A stretch of 64,000 nt of DNA from Candidatus Uhrbacteria bacterium (lineage in GTDB: Bacteria; Patescibacteriota; Patescibacteriia; UBA9934; GWF2-40-263). Below, in pieces: positions 47,651-56,408 of this stretch (the stretch's first letter is position 1; each line of letters opens with the position of its first letter). Made by a program: the position numbers and the translations under genes. The notes below the pieces were generated by a model. That model had not been told where the DNA came from, made no database searches, and saw nothing but the letters and a program-made list of their open reading frames with translations. The stretch spans positions 1,857 to 65,856 of the forward strand of contig JACPHU010000006.1 of assembly GCA_016188495.1 (NCBI GenBank), written 5' to 3'.

Positions 47651-48043
47651 CTATTTTTTTACCATGCAGGAGGGTTCATCTGCTGCGCAGCTCCATCGGA
47701 ACTTCCAGCCAGGATTTTTTCTCCTTATTTCCTGAAACACGAACGCGTTATCGGTTTTGCTTTGAGTGCAGAGGAAACCATTGTCACTTTTCCATTCGTT
47801 TCCGTCCGGCAATCGAACGCGCTTGCCTTTCTCGCACCACACCTGAGAGGTCGTGGTGATAAGCGCCTGTATCCACACAGGCTTTGAGTCCTGTCCTCGC
47901 GGAACCGCTACGATGAGATCCGGAAGTTTTAGGGCGTCCTCATAGCTTCGCACGATCAACGTCTTATTTGCCGCGCAAGACGTCGCACAGATGAAGAAAG
48001 ACAGACACATGAGCTGGACCAAGCGACATTTGAGATCATTCAT
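47651..48043 (-). CDS. putative lipoprotein
   Basis: MNDLKCRLVQLMCLSFFICATSC|AAN is a lipobox-like signal. The ORF track starts 10 codons earlier. Confidence 0.5.
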   Translation of the reverse strand: MNDLKCRLVQLMCLSFFICATSCAANKTLIVRSYEDALKLPDLIVAVPRGQDSKPVWIQALITTTSQVWCEKGKRVRLPDGNEWKSDNGFLCTQSKTDNAFVFQEIRRKNPGWKFRWSCAADEPSCMVKK

Positions 48044-48118
48044 CCGTTCACTCCTCCTATCCACAAAAGACAATCCAACGTAAGAGCTTTTAAGAAGCTA
48101 ACATAAAGGCTCAATAAA

Positions 48119-48607
48119 TCAAGACTCCCAGATACGTCCTATTCTTCGCTCCTTTTTTTTCTGTTGTTCTTTTTGTCGGTCTTGTTGTTCTCTTTTTTTC
48201 ATTCCTTTTGATTTTTTTGTTTCTACGCGTTCTTTTTCTGGCGTTAGGGCATCACGAACCAAATGGTTAAGCCGATCCATGGCTTCCTGTTTATTTTGGC
48301 GCTGTGATCGTTCGCTTTGGCACGTGAAAATGAGCTCGTCTGCACGCGTGAGCTGACTCGCTACTTTTTGTCGTAAGAGGTTTTTTTGCTCTTCAGAGAG
48401 CGTTTTGGATGTATCAATACACCATCGTATCTCCATGTTATTGGAAGTAGTGTTGATGGCCTGTCCGCCTGGTCCTCCTCCACGTATTGCTTTTACCTGG
48501 ATCTCTTCTGTTGGAATTTCTCCTTTTTCCCAATCAAATTCTTTTGTAGATCGTTTGCACTCCTGAGTTATTTCTGGAGGCGGACCTTCTCTAAATTCTT
48601 TTGACAT
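48119..48607 (-). CDS. arfB: alternative ribosome-rescue factor ArfB (peptidyl-tRNA hydrolase with GGQ motif)
   Basis: The GGQ motif is RGGGPGGQAINTTSNNMEIR. It has a basic C-terminal tail and is 162 aa. Confidence 0.85.
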   Translation of the reverse strand: MSKEFREGPPPEITQECKRSTKEFDWEKGEIPTEEIQVKAIRGGGPGGQAINTTSNNMEIRWCIDTSKTLSEEQKNLLRQKVASQLTRADELIFTCQSERSQRQNKQEAMDRLNHLVRDALTPEKERVETKKSKGMKKREQQDRQKEQQKKKERRIGRIWES

Positions 48608-48703
48608 AGTGCATTTATCATAACATAGGAAAAAATATTCTTGGCAATTCTCGCTATTTCCGGCAAGCTGGAAGGACTATCAACTCATAATGAGTTTTAT
48701 CCT

Positions 48704-48804
48704 CATATTCCCTGAGCGAGGAGTCCTCGACGAGTCGAAGGGTGCAGACGTGTTTACCCCTTCGACTCCGGTTCGTCGAACGAACCTCCGCTCAGGGGGT
48801 ATAC
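48704..48804. repeat. family-C repeat pair (inverted unit followed by forward unit, forming a ~100-bp imperfect palindrome) upstream of ribE
   Basis: It reads atattccctgagcgaggagtcctcgacgagtcgaagggtg, then ccccttcgactccggttcgtcgaacgaacctccgctcagggggtatac. Confidence 0.7.
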
Positions 48805-48880
48805 TTTTTGATACCTCCTCAGTTTGTTGCGGGGAGTGTTGTTGCCAATTTAAAGATTACGTGCAGTCAAAATGAGATTT

Positions 48881-49507
48881 ATGTATACAGGCATTATCCA
48901 AGCATTGTGTCCGGTTCTCTCTCTTGTAAGCAAACCCGGCCTTACATCCTTTACTGTGGAGTTTCCACAGAACCTTCTGTTAGGACTCCAAACCGGCGCG
49001 AGCGTGGCCATTGACGGGGTTTGTTTTACCGCGACCCTGATCCAAGATGATCAAGTGAGCTTTGATGCCATGCAGGAGACGCTCCAAAAGACAACGATTG
49101 GAGTATTGAAGCAGGGGGATGTGGTGAATATCGAACGATCTGCAAAAATGGGAGACGAGATCGGTGGACATCCTATGAGCGGTCATGTTTCCACCATGGC
49201 AGAAATCATTGACGTACAGGTATCAGAGAATAATAAGATGATGACGTTTCAGGTTGATCCAGCTTGGATGAGATTTATTTTCTCCAAAGGATTTATCGGG
49301 CTCGACGGTGCAAGCCTTACGGTTGTCGATGCTGATAAAGAGAAAGGGACATTTAAGATTTGGTTTATTCCAGAGACTTTGCGTATGACGAGATTTGGAA
49401 ATAAACAGGTGAGGGATCAGGTGAACGTTGAAATAGATTCACAGACGCAGGTTATTGTAGAAACGGTAGAGAGGGTGATGGAGAATAAGTTAAAAAAAGA
49501 TTTATAG
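48881..49507 (+). CDS. ribE: riboflavin synthase (alpha subunit)
   Basis: It has the MYTGIIQ N-terminus and an internal duplicated barrel (SVAIDGVCFT / GLDGASLTVVD). Confidence 0.85.
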   Translation: MYTGIIQALCPVLSLVSKPGLTSFTVEFPQNLLLGLQTGASVAIDGVCFTATLIQDDQVSFDAMQETLQKTTIGVLKQGDVVNIERSAKMGDEIGGHPMSGHVSTMAEIIDVQVSENNKMMTFQVDPAWMRFIFSKGFIGLDGASLTVVDADKEKGTFKIWFIPETLRMTRFGNKQVRDQVNVEIDSQTQVIVETVERVMENKLKKDL

Positions 49508-49514
49508 TATAGAT

Positions 49515-49916
49515 ATGTCTAAAAATATCGCCATCGTTTTAGGTTCCTTCCACAAACAAGAGGTTACTCAAATGCTTGAGTGTGCTCGCGTGACCGCTCG
49601 GGAACAGGGACTTACGATTGTTGAGGAGGTCTGGGTTCATGGGTCCATGGAGAAACCTCTCGCGTTGAAACGTCTGTTAATGCGAGATGATGTTGATGGC
49701 GCTGTTGCATTGGGAATTATTGAACGAGGACAAACCAAACACGGTCTTGTCATGGGTGAGGTTGTCTATGACGCCATCGTCCGTCTCCAGTTAGAATTCA
49801 TGAAACCGATCGGTCTGGGCATTTTAGGCCCGGAGATTCTTCCAGAACAAATTCCTCCGCGTTTAGATCCTTATGCAAGAGAGGCTGTGATCGCCACAGC
49901 CCAGATGCTTAAATAG
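49515..49916 (+). CDS. ribH: 6,7-dimethyl-8-ribityllumazine synthase family protein (short, 133 aa)
   Basis: Motifs are IAIVLGSFHKQEVTQMLECA, VHGSMEKPLALKRL and AVALGIIERGQTKHG. Confidence 0.7.
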   Translation: MSKNIAIVLGSFHKQEVTQMLECARVTAREQGLTIVEEVWVHGSMEKPLALKRLLMRDDVDGAVALGIIERGQTKHGLVMGEVVYDAIVRLQLEFMKPIGLGILGPEILPEQIPPRLDPYAREAVIATAQMLK

Positions 49917-49930
49917 GATTCCTGATAATA

Positions 49931-49976
49931 ATATTCCCTGAGCGAAGCGACCCAAGGGAGCGGAGTCGAAGGGGCA
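49931..49976. repeat. family-C repeat unit, copy 3 (inverted orientation), downstream of ribH
   Basis: It reads aatattccctgagcgaagcgacccaagggagcggagtcgaaggggcataa. Confidence 0.65.
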
Positions 49977-50054
49977 TAAACGGAAGTTTTGCTTCCGTTT
50001 TTATAATCCACTTGTAACAAAAAATCCTCACGTCACACACATGAGGATGAAGAG

Positions 50055-51146
50055 TCAGTGGAGCCAGGTTTGAAGATCGTGATAGGTCACGAAGACCGTC
50101 ACAGCAAACAGGATCAACACACTCGCGATGACACAACCGTCCACTATCGCTTCCGGGAGGGCGTAGCGTCTACCAAACAGGGCAGGGATGGTCAAAAGGA
50201 TTCGTCCTCCGTCCAGCACCGGAATCGGCAACAAATTGAAGAAAATGAGGGAAAGAGACAGTCCCCATCCGTATAGAAGCAGATCCGCGATCCCTTTTTC
50301 CGCTTCCTTCATGCCGATGCGGACGATTTCCACAGGCCCTCCTACTGTATTTTTGGAATCTTTTCGGAACAGGTCCGAGATAATTTCTGGAAGCTGCTGC
50401 GTGACGATCACCATGGTGCCAAGTGTAAATAGGCTGGCGGCGGGGACCGTCCATACGCTCGTCACCTTCCACGCCTGATCTTGTTTCATCGCAAAAGCGA
50501 TGTTCGTACCCTTGGGCACACGAATGATGATCGGCTCCGGTTCGTTTTCTCTCCGGAACTGTATAGCGAGCTCGGCAGAAGACACCTGTTCCAGAAGACG
50601 GAGAGTTTCTTTGGAAGTTGTGCAGGAATGATCGTTTACATGTTCCAGAACGTCTCCTGGGCGGATTCCTTGTGTGTAAAGCCACGAAACTTCTTTCATT
50701 TCCGAGACAAATACTTTCGGATCTGTGACCTGCACCATGTTCCGAAGTTCCGGGTGCTGTTCCAGAACCGCCTCGGCGTCGTGACGACCTCCAAGGGAGA
50801 GAAAGATCGTCATGATCATAATGGCACCGACCAGATTTCCCACGACCCCGCTAATCAAAATAACGATCTGTTTGAAGGCGGATGCCTCGACAAAAGCACC
50901 TGTCGGGTCTTCTCCCTGTTCCAGTTCCATTCGGTGCATCCCTTTCAGCGTGACAAATCCTCCCAGCCAAAAGAGCCGCAGAACCCACCGAGTGTTTCGC
51001 CCTTGGTATGACCAAAGAGCGGGACCCATCCCAAGGGAAAATTCTTTGACCTGGACGCCGCAGATTCGTGCGGCAAGAAAATGTCCGAGTTCATGGATGA
51101 AAATCAGGCAGGCCAACAAGGCCAGAATCGCGATAAAATCGTTCAT
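50055..51146 (-). CDS. rseP: RIP metalloprotease RseP (site-2 protease, M50 family)
   Basis: It has HELGHFLAAR (HExxH), a PDZ-like middle, and a C-terminal LDGG motif. An AAGGTGG RBS precedes ATG 51146. The ORF track extends 62 codons further upstream. Confidence 0.85.
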   Translation of the reverse strand: MNDFIAILALLACLIFIHELGHFLAARICGVQVKEFSLGMGPALWSYQGRNTRWVLRLFWLGGFVTLKGMHRMELEQGEDPTGAFVEASAFKQIVILISGVVGNLVGAIMIMTIFLSLGGRHDAEAVLEQHPELRNMVQVTDPKVFVSEMKEVSWLYTQGIRPGDVLEHVNDHSCTTSKETLRLLEQVSSAELAIQFRRENEPEPIIIRVPKGTNIAFAMKQDQAWKVTSVWTVPAASLFTLGTMVIVTQQLPEIISDLFRKDSKNTVGGPVEIVRIGMKEAEKGIADLLLYGWGLSLSLIFFNLLPIPVLDGGRILLTIPALFGRRYALPEAIVDGCVIASVLILFAVTVFVTYHDLQTWLH

Positions 51147-51338
51147 TGTGAGCCACCTTTTTGTTTTGTAGGTGTATAAAGGACGAAGAAGAACCTTGGT
51201 GAGATTGTATGAAATTCGCTGTCCTGTCAATGGACTTGACAGAGGGTTAAGAGGAGAGTAACTTAGTGTGTGTAAGACACTATAAAGCGTTTTACCCCAT
51301 AAAATAAGGAGACTTTTGGGTAACTTTGACACGTTCTA

Positions 51339-51367
51339 TTGACAAAAACACTGAAATCGGGTATAGT
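51339..51367 (+). promoter_or_regulatory. consensus sigma70 promoter driving the GC-rich island
   Basis: TTGACA, an exact 17-nt spacer, then TATAGT, followed by a ~160-nt leader. Confidence 0.55.
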
Positions 51368-51530
51368 GCTCTCTTCGTTCATTGGCAAAGTCTGGCTTGC
51401 CACGCCTTAAATACTCTTACATCAAAGTATTTAGAGCGCGGTAAGTCAGTAATAAAAAAAGTAGTTGATAGTCACCGGCATGGTTGTTGGTGGCTCAGAA
51501 ATCCAATCCCGAAAGGGAAGGAGAAAGCAA

Positions 51531-52613
51531 ATGTTGAATGAACAGTTCAAGGTCGCTCTGGTTGCCGAAGGTGTCAACGAGGAGAATCTCAAGCTCCTCG
51601 AGTCTCAGGAGCTGTGTGATGTCAGCGATTTCGCGACCCTGCAGCCTGCGGATCTGACTGTCGTCGGAATGAAGCTCGGTGGGATCAATAAGGTCTTCAG
51701 GGTTGTTCGAAGACTGGCGGCTCCCGTGGCCTCCACTCCGGCTCCGGAAGTTCAGATTCCCGTGACTCAGGTGACCCCGGTGTCCCTTCCTCCGGTCGTT
51801 CCGGTTCAGGTGGCTCCCGTGGCCCATGCTCCGGTTTCCTCCGGTGGGGGAGATCTGGGTACGCTGTTTTCGACGCTGATTCCGCCCCAGACCCCGCAGG
51901 AAGCGGCCGAAAGGCTCTGTCGTGCCCCGAGTGACGCAAAGAGCCAGGAGTACTGGAGGCAGTTCTTCGGTCAGGAGACCCTGATCGTCTCCTCGACTCC
52001 GGGCTCCATCGATCGCGACAAGACCATGGAAGCGGTCGAAATCTGGGTGACCTCCGGTGAGGCTCCTTCGGAGCTCGATGGAGTGCCTCTGCTGAGCATC
52101 AGCGAGTTCCTCCAGTCCACCTTCGGTGCGTGCCCCTTCACCGGGGACCGTATCATCCGAGGTGGGATGTCGCTGAAGACCAACGTTCACTACGGGTTCT
52201 TGCTCGGGAATGATGTTTCGCTCTCGGCGATCCAGAATAGCCCCGGAATGAACTTCGTGGCGTTCGCCGCCGAAACCGGCAAGATCACCCGCGACCTTCA
52301 GACCTGGAAGACGCGGATGCTCGAGCTTCGCAGCATGGTCCAGGGCAAGGATATCTCCAGCCCCACGGCCATCAAGGCGGCCGTCGCCGGATCCGCGTGG
52401 GATGAAGTCGCGACCGACTACATCCGTGACGCCAATTCCGGTGGTGTCGTCGCCATGCGCGCTCGGGCACGGCTGGTGACCCAGGCCAAGCGACGGACCG
52501 TTCGGGCCCGCAACGACCTGTCGGGAATCGGAGAGGCTCTGACCTCCGGTTTCGACAAGGTCACCCGCCAGGACGGCTCCGTCCCCCGTCGGGATTTCGA
52601 ATCCCGCGGCTGA
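51531..52613 (+). CDS. island gene A: hypothetical protein (small N-terminal domain, Pro/Val-rich linker, unknown C-terminal domain)
   Basis: A GGAAGGAG RBS precedes ATG 51531. Its GC3 is much higher than the backbone. The linker is APVASTPAPEVQIPVTQVTPVSLPPVVPVQVAPVAHAPV. A terminator follows at 52728-52752. Confidence 0.65.
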   Translation: MLNEQFKVALVAEGVNEENLKLLESQELCDVSDFATLQPADLTVVGMKLGGINKVFRVVRRLAAPVASTPAPEVQIPVTQVTPVSLPPVVPVQVAPVAHAPVSSGGGDLGTLFSTLIPPQTPQEAAERLCRAPSDAKSQEYWRQFFGQETLIVSSTPGSIDRDKTMEAVEIWVTSGEAPSELDGVPLLSISEFLQSTFGACPFTGDRIIRGGMSLKTNVHYGFLLGNDVSLSAIQNSPGMNFVAFAAETGKITRDLQTWKTRMLELRSMVQGKDISSPTAIKAAVAGSAWDEVATDYIRDANSGGVVAMRARARLVTQAKRRTVRARNDLSGIGEALTSGFDKVTRQDGSVPRRDFESRG

Positions 52614-52727
52614 TAGATCGATCAACTCCGTCGGTTCCGACCATGACGGCGCAAGGGTAGCACTCAGTGCCCGGTGTCTGGTTGGACCTTCGGCCATTAC
52701 TCTATTACCCCTACGAAGGGAGTCCCC

Positions 52728-52752
52728 TGGACTCCCTTTTTCACTAGGCGAT
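52728..52752 (+). terminator. intrinsic terminator after island gene A
   Basis: The hairpin gggagtcc/ggactccc is followed by a T6 run. Confidence 0.7.
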
Positions 52753-52856
52753 TTATTTTCAAAATGAATCGTGTAGCGAAAGCATGTAGGCTTTCAATCA
52801 GTATTTTAGATCGGTCCTTTTGGATCGATTGTGTTCACAACAAAGGAGAGAATTCA

Positions 52857-54014
52857 ATGTCCAAACCCAATGAACTCAGACATGACAACCTAGTAATCGG
52901 GGTGAATTTTCCGGTCAAGTCGACTAACGCCGGGACAGGGTTGGTGGGTGGCTTCCCCTGGCCGGTACACAATGCGGCCGACTATAAGGACCGTGTTCCT
53001 GCCGCGTGGTTATCGGCCATGGGGCCTCGTCATGTGATCTTTTTCCTGGGTGCACCTGACCCGACCCGTCATTTTGATGAACAGGGTCTTGCCGAGCACG
53101 AGGTGGAACTGGATCAGAACGGCTGTCCCCGCGATCGTGAGATGTGGTTTGATTTTCAGGGGATGAATACCCTTGATCGTCACGTTGCTGTTGTGCTCGG
53201 TGTCCAGGGACTCAATGCTCTGACCGGACTTCCGACTTCTTCGGAACACAAGAGAGGACTGTACAACGGTCCCGGGTGTCCGAAACCCGAGCAGTATCCG
53301 GATGTTTGTCCGGTGCACGGTACCCCGTTCGAAGATCATCGGCGGATGTGTTCGGACTGTGGGTTCGAGTGGCCGTATCAGAATTACGTCACCAACTCCG
53401 TGACCGATCCAATGTTCCGCTTCTGGTGGGATGGGTGGCGCGGGGCGGACGGCAAGATCCAGCAATTCGCCATGCGTCCGGCTTCGGCTGGTGTCGGCGT
53501 GGCCCAGCAGGTGCTGGGCGAGGATCGTGCGCTGGGACTGAGTCTGGCTGTGTTTCTCAAGAAGCGACCCAAGCCGGCTCCGGTTTCCTCCTATCGTCAC
53601 TCCGATTTCCTCGAGTCTGACATCGTTTCCAAAGGGTTTTTGGGAGGTGGTGGAAAGAAGGTCTATTCTTTTGGAATGGGCGGAGAAGAGGAGGAAGAGG
53701 TGTATCGTTCGCCCACCCTCGGAACCACACGCGAGGCCACTCGTGGAGACACTACTCGAGGTGGTGTCCTGGGCGGCCGTCCTTCCGTTTCTCGGATCGG
53801 TGCTCCGTCTCGGATGGAGTTCGTCGCCGGTCGAACGGTCTTTCAGAAACTCTATTCCGATAATTCCACCCTGGACGAGTGGAGGGATGAACCCGAGGTG
53901 ACCTTCACCTTGATTCCCGTGGACATGGCGTGGGCGGCCGAGGTAACCAAGTACGGTCCCACCACGCGACAAGTTGCCACCGGACCGTTCGCGGGTCTCA
54001 AGAGCGTCGGCTGA
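52857..54014 (+). CDS. island gene B: hypothetical protein (Cys/His cluster, Gly-rich low-complexity segment)
   Basis: An AAAGGAGAG RBS precedes ATG 52857. It contains CPVHGTPF...CSDCGFEW and FWWDGWRGADG, which match no recognized family. It is GC-rich. Confidence 0.6.
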   Translation: MSKPNELRHDNLVIGVNFPVKSTNAGTGLVGGFPWPVHNAADYKDRVPAAWLSAMGPRHVIFFLGAPDPTRHFDEQGLAEHEVELDQNGCPRDREMWFDFQGMNTLDRHVAVVLGVQGLNALTGLPTSSEHKRGLYNGPGCPKPEQYPDVCPVHGTPFEDHRRMCSDCGFEWPYQNYVTNSVTDPMFRFWWDGWRGADGKIQQFAMRPASAGVGVAQQVLGEDRALGLSLAVFLKKRPKPAPVSSYRHSDFLESDIVSKGFLGGGGKKVYSFGMGGEEEEEVYRSPTLGTTREATRGDTTRGGVLGGRPSVSRIGAPSRMEFVAGRTVFQKLYSDNSTLDEWRDEPEVTFTLIPVDMAWAAEVTKYGPTTRQVATGPFAGLKSVG

Positions 54015-54164
54015 TTTCCGACGTAACACGGTCAAGATCGATTCCCACGGAGTCGGCCCTTGACCCTTTTCTTGGGAAGAGAAGAGGAGTAATCCTTTGG
54101 CTCTTCTGAAGAGAAGAAATTTGCTTTCGACCTTTACAAATGAAGTTGAGATAAGGAGGTTTAG

Positions 54165-55004
54165 ATGAAAGGCAATAACACAGAGGCGACCTACTATCCT
54201 GGTAAGTCAGTGGCGAAAACCCCGCATTATGAGCTGTTTTACTGTGAGACCGAGAACGGTCGGCAGTGTCTCATGCAGATCGCTAAAGCACCGGAACACA
54301 ACGGGGTACTCGATCGGTTCGCATATGTGCTGCGCGAGCTCAAGCATAAGGCAGACGAGCTCGAAGAAGAACATGAAGAGAAGAAAAAGGATCCTGCTAA
54401 TGGGATTCCTGCTCACGTGTTCTTGAATTACGATCTTGGTTTCCCCCAGGTCGTCGACAGTTTCATCAGTTCCGAACAGGGTGGATGTCGAATCAATATC
54501 TTGGCCTTTAGGGAAGTTGAGCGCGTGTCTGACATGCACCCTCTGGCAAAGTATATTCGAGTGGCCAATGAGCGGTGCGATCTGCGAACCAGTATCTGGA
54601 TCATGGGCAGGACGCTCAAGTTGATCGATCTGGTGCATATGATGGGATTTTCTCTTCAGGAGATGAAGACAGGTAATATTCTCATTCAGCCTGAAGAACA
54701 TCACGTTGTGCTGTTTAATCCTGGCATTCAAATGTGTCCGGGAGAAGTTCCTTTGGAACAGCGGCGCAAGGAGATTGCTCAGGCGACCACGTCGGTTATT
54801 CAGTTGTTGGGCGGCAATATTCTTACACGAGAATTCCCCCAAGATCTCAAGTCGGAGATTGGGTGTAAGGAATATACGGATCATCTCCTCATGCTGGCCG
54901 CCGGAGGAGAATACGACGCCCATGCGGCGTATCGTCGTTTCTATCAGCTTATTGATCGGTTTTGGGAGCGGAAGTTTCATCGTGCTCAGTTTTTGGCACG
55001 CTGA
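54165..55004 (+). CDS. island gene C: protein-kinase-fold-like protein lacking the catalytic Asp residues (possible pseudokinase or atypical nucleotide-binding enzyme)
   Basis: A TAAGGAGG RBS is present. CLMQIAK resembles the beta3 Lys segment. HMMGFSLQEMKTGNILIQPEEHHVVLFNPG resembles the catalytic loop plus DFG region, with D replaced by Q and by N. Confidence 0.55.
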   Translation: MKGNNTEATYYPGKSVAKTPHYELFYCETENGRQCLMQIAKAPEHNGVLDRFAYVLRELKHKADELEEEHEEKKKDPANGIPAHVFLNYDLGFPQVVDSFISSEQGGCRINILAFREVERVSDMHPLAKYIRVANERCDLRTSIWIMGRTLKLIDLVHMMGFSLQEMKTGNILIQPEEHHVVLFNPGIQMCPGEVPLEQRRKEIAQATTSVIQLLGGNILTREFPQDLKSEIGCKEYTDHLLMLAAGGEYDAHAAYRRFYQLIDRFWERKFHRAQFLAR

Positions 55005-55040
55005 AAATAGACGAAACATGAACGAAAAGGGAGAGAAAAA

Positions 55041-56180
55041 ATGGGAAATCGTACCCCGTCTCGTGATACGTATGAAGAGGCAAAATCGACATATGTTCCG
55101 GATTCTGGACCTGCTACAGCTCGCGCTGAACAACAAGCGCGAAGGACAGGAAAACTTCATCCGCTGGTTGATCCGGCGGAATTCGGAGTGATCCGCCCTT
55201 CGCATATGCGAATGAAACAGCTTCTAAACGGGCTTTGGTCTGTGAATGTAGGAACACCATTGCCACGTCAGCGGCGCGTAGATACGACGGCCAGTATGGG
55301 TAATAACGTCGATGTGGTTCTTGGTGTCTTGCAGGATGCGTACGAGCTGGCTATGCAGGTTCTGCCTGTTGGGTATGACCTGCAGGAAGCCAATGAGATC
55401 TTCGGAGATATACAAGATAGGTTTGTGCTTTGCCGTTCGCAGTTTGAGATGCTCTCTGAGCGGATCGTGGAGCAGCTGACCTTGATGGTTCCTGAGCGTG
55501 ATGGCGGAGATGTTCCAGAAGACCCTCACTACGGGTTGTTTGGAGCAGCCTACTTGACCGATGCCTATATTAATCGCATCGGTCTTAAGGGTTACGACTT
55601 CACCGTCTCTGATGCAGAGGCTCGATACGAGTTGGAGGCACGACATCTTCGTCGAATTTTCGGAGATCAGGTCTTCGATAAGACGAAGGAAAACGGTTAC
55701 GATATTGATCCTCGGCATCTTCCCAGCACCAAAGAGGTGGTTCGTGAGCTTGCCAAACGATCTCATTATTTCTTCCTTCAGATCAAGTCCTCTTCACAGG
55801 CGACTCGTTTCTGGACGGATGTGTTCGGTTCTGAACGGGTCGTGCTGGTACCAGATGCCAAATATGTCCCTCATATTGAAGCCGTGATCATGGGTCTGAC
55901 CGAAGGGACCCTGAGTCTGTCGGACGTCACTCCGTTTCTCATGAAGAATGGCGTCGATCGCAATGACGCTCAACGAATCGTCCGGGCTGTGGGACATATT
56001 CCGATCGGCGCGCAGGCTGCTTTGCCCAACGTTGCCCGGCGTCCCAAAGCAGGTGACCTGTTTCGAGAGAAGCCTGTCGGTACGCAGACCAGTCCTTGGC
56101 CGCTGACCCCCGAGGAAATCGCCGCGTTTAATCTCGACTCTTCGGCAGAGCAGGACGAAGGCGAGATCAGCTGGGTCTGA
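55041..56180 (+). CDS. island gene D: hypothetical protein (379 aa)
   Basis: An AAAAGGGAGAG RBS is present. It is GC-rich and has no recognizable motif. Confidence 0.6.
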   Translation: MGNRTPSRDTYEEAKSTYVPDSGPATARAEQQARRTGKLHPLVDPAEFGVIRPSHMRMKQLLNGLWSVNVGTPLPRQRRVDTTASMGNNVDVVLGVLQDAYELAMQVLPVGYDLQEANEIFGDIQDRFVLCRSQFEMLSERIVEQLTLMVPERDGGDVPEDPHYGLFGAAYLTDAYINRIGLKGYDFTVSDAEARYELEARHLRRIFGDQVFDKTKENGYDIDPRHLPSTKEVVRELAKRSHYFFLQIKSSSQATRFWTDVFGSERVVLVPDAKYVPHIEAVIMGLTEGTLSLSDVTPFLMKNGVDRNDAQRIVRAVGHIPIGAQAALPNVARRPKAGDLFREKPVGTQTSPWPLTPEEIAAFNLDSSAEQDEGEISWV

Positions 56181-56188
56181 GGTAACAA

Positions 56189-56233
56189 CCCGCCCGACTG
56201 AACGACGAGGAGTTCTGTTCAGTCGTTCGGGCA
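56189..56233. repeat. family-A GC-rich hairpin repeat, copy 3, directly after island gene D
   Basis: It reads cccgcccgactgaacgacg-aggagttctg-ttcagtcgttcgggca. Confidence 0.7.
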
Positions 56234-56238
56234 AGCGC

Positions 56239-56286
56239 GGTCGAAGTGATTCCATAGGGAGTCATTTCGACCTTTTTTTGAAGAGA
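56239..56286 (+). terminator. intrinsic terminator
   Basis: The hairpin ggtcgaa...ttcgacc is followed by a T7 run. Confidence 0.65.
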
Positions 56287-56408
56287 GAAAAGAATAGAGA
56301 ATAGTCTTTTTACTCTCTTGAAAAGAAGGAAGTGTTGAATCGATACGGCCTTCGATAGGCTCAGGCAATAATGAGGTTTTTCAACATTTTTCATTGAGGA
56401 GATGATCC

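Noticed and set aside
48704-49976. Integron gene-cassette interpretation of the repeat-flanked ribE-ribH pair
   Set aside because: The flanking palindromes lack attC R''/R' (RYYYAAC/GTTRRRY) boxes. No intI gene or attI is nearby. The locus is kept only as a repeat-flanked cassette of unknown mobility.
50170-51011. ORFs 50170-50685 (minus, other frame) and 50481-51011 (plus) overlapping rseP
   Set aside because: They are inside the conserved M50 protease gene. Their translations are low complexity.
51495-55205. Long minus-strand ORFs inside the GC-rich island (51495-52697 at 400 aa, 53010-54035 at 341 aa, 54207-55205 at 332 aa)
   Set aside because: They run antisense to plus-strand genes that have RBSs, terminators and recognizable protein features. 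High GC suppresses stop codons on the opposite strand. Their translations are low-complexity Arg/Gly/Pro-rich.
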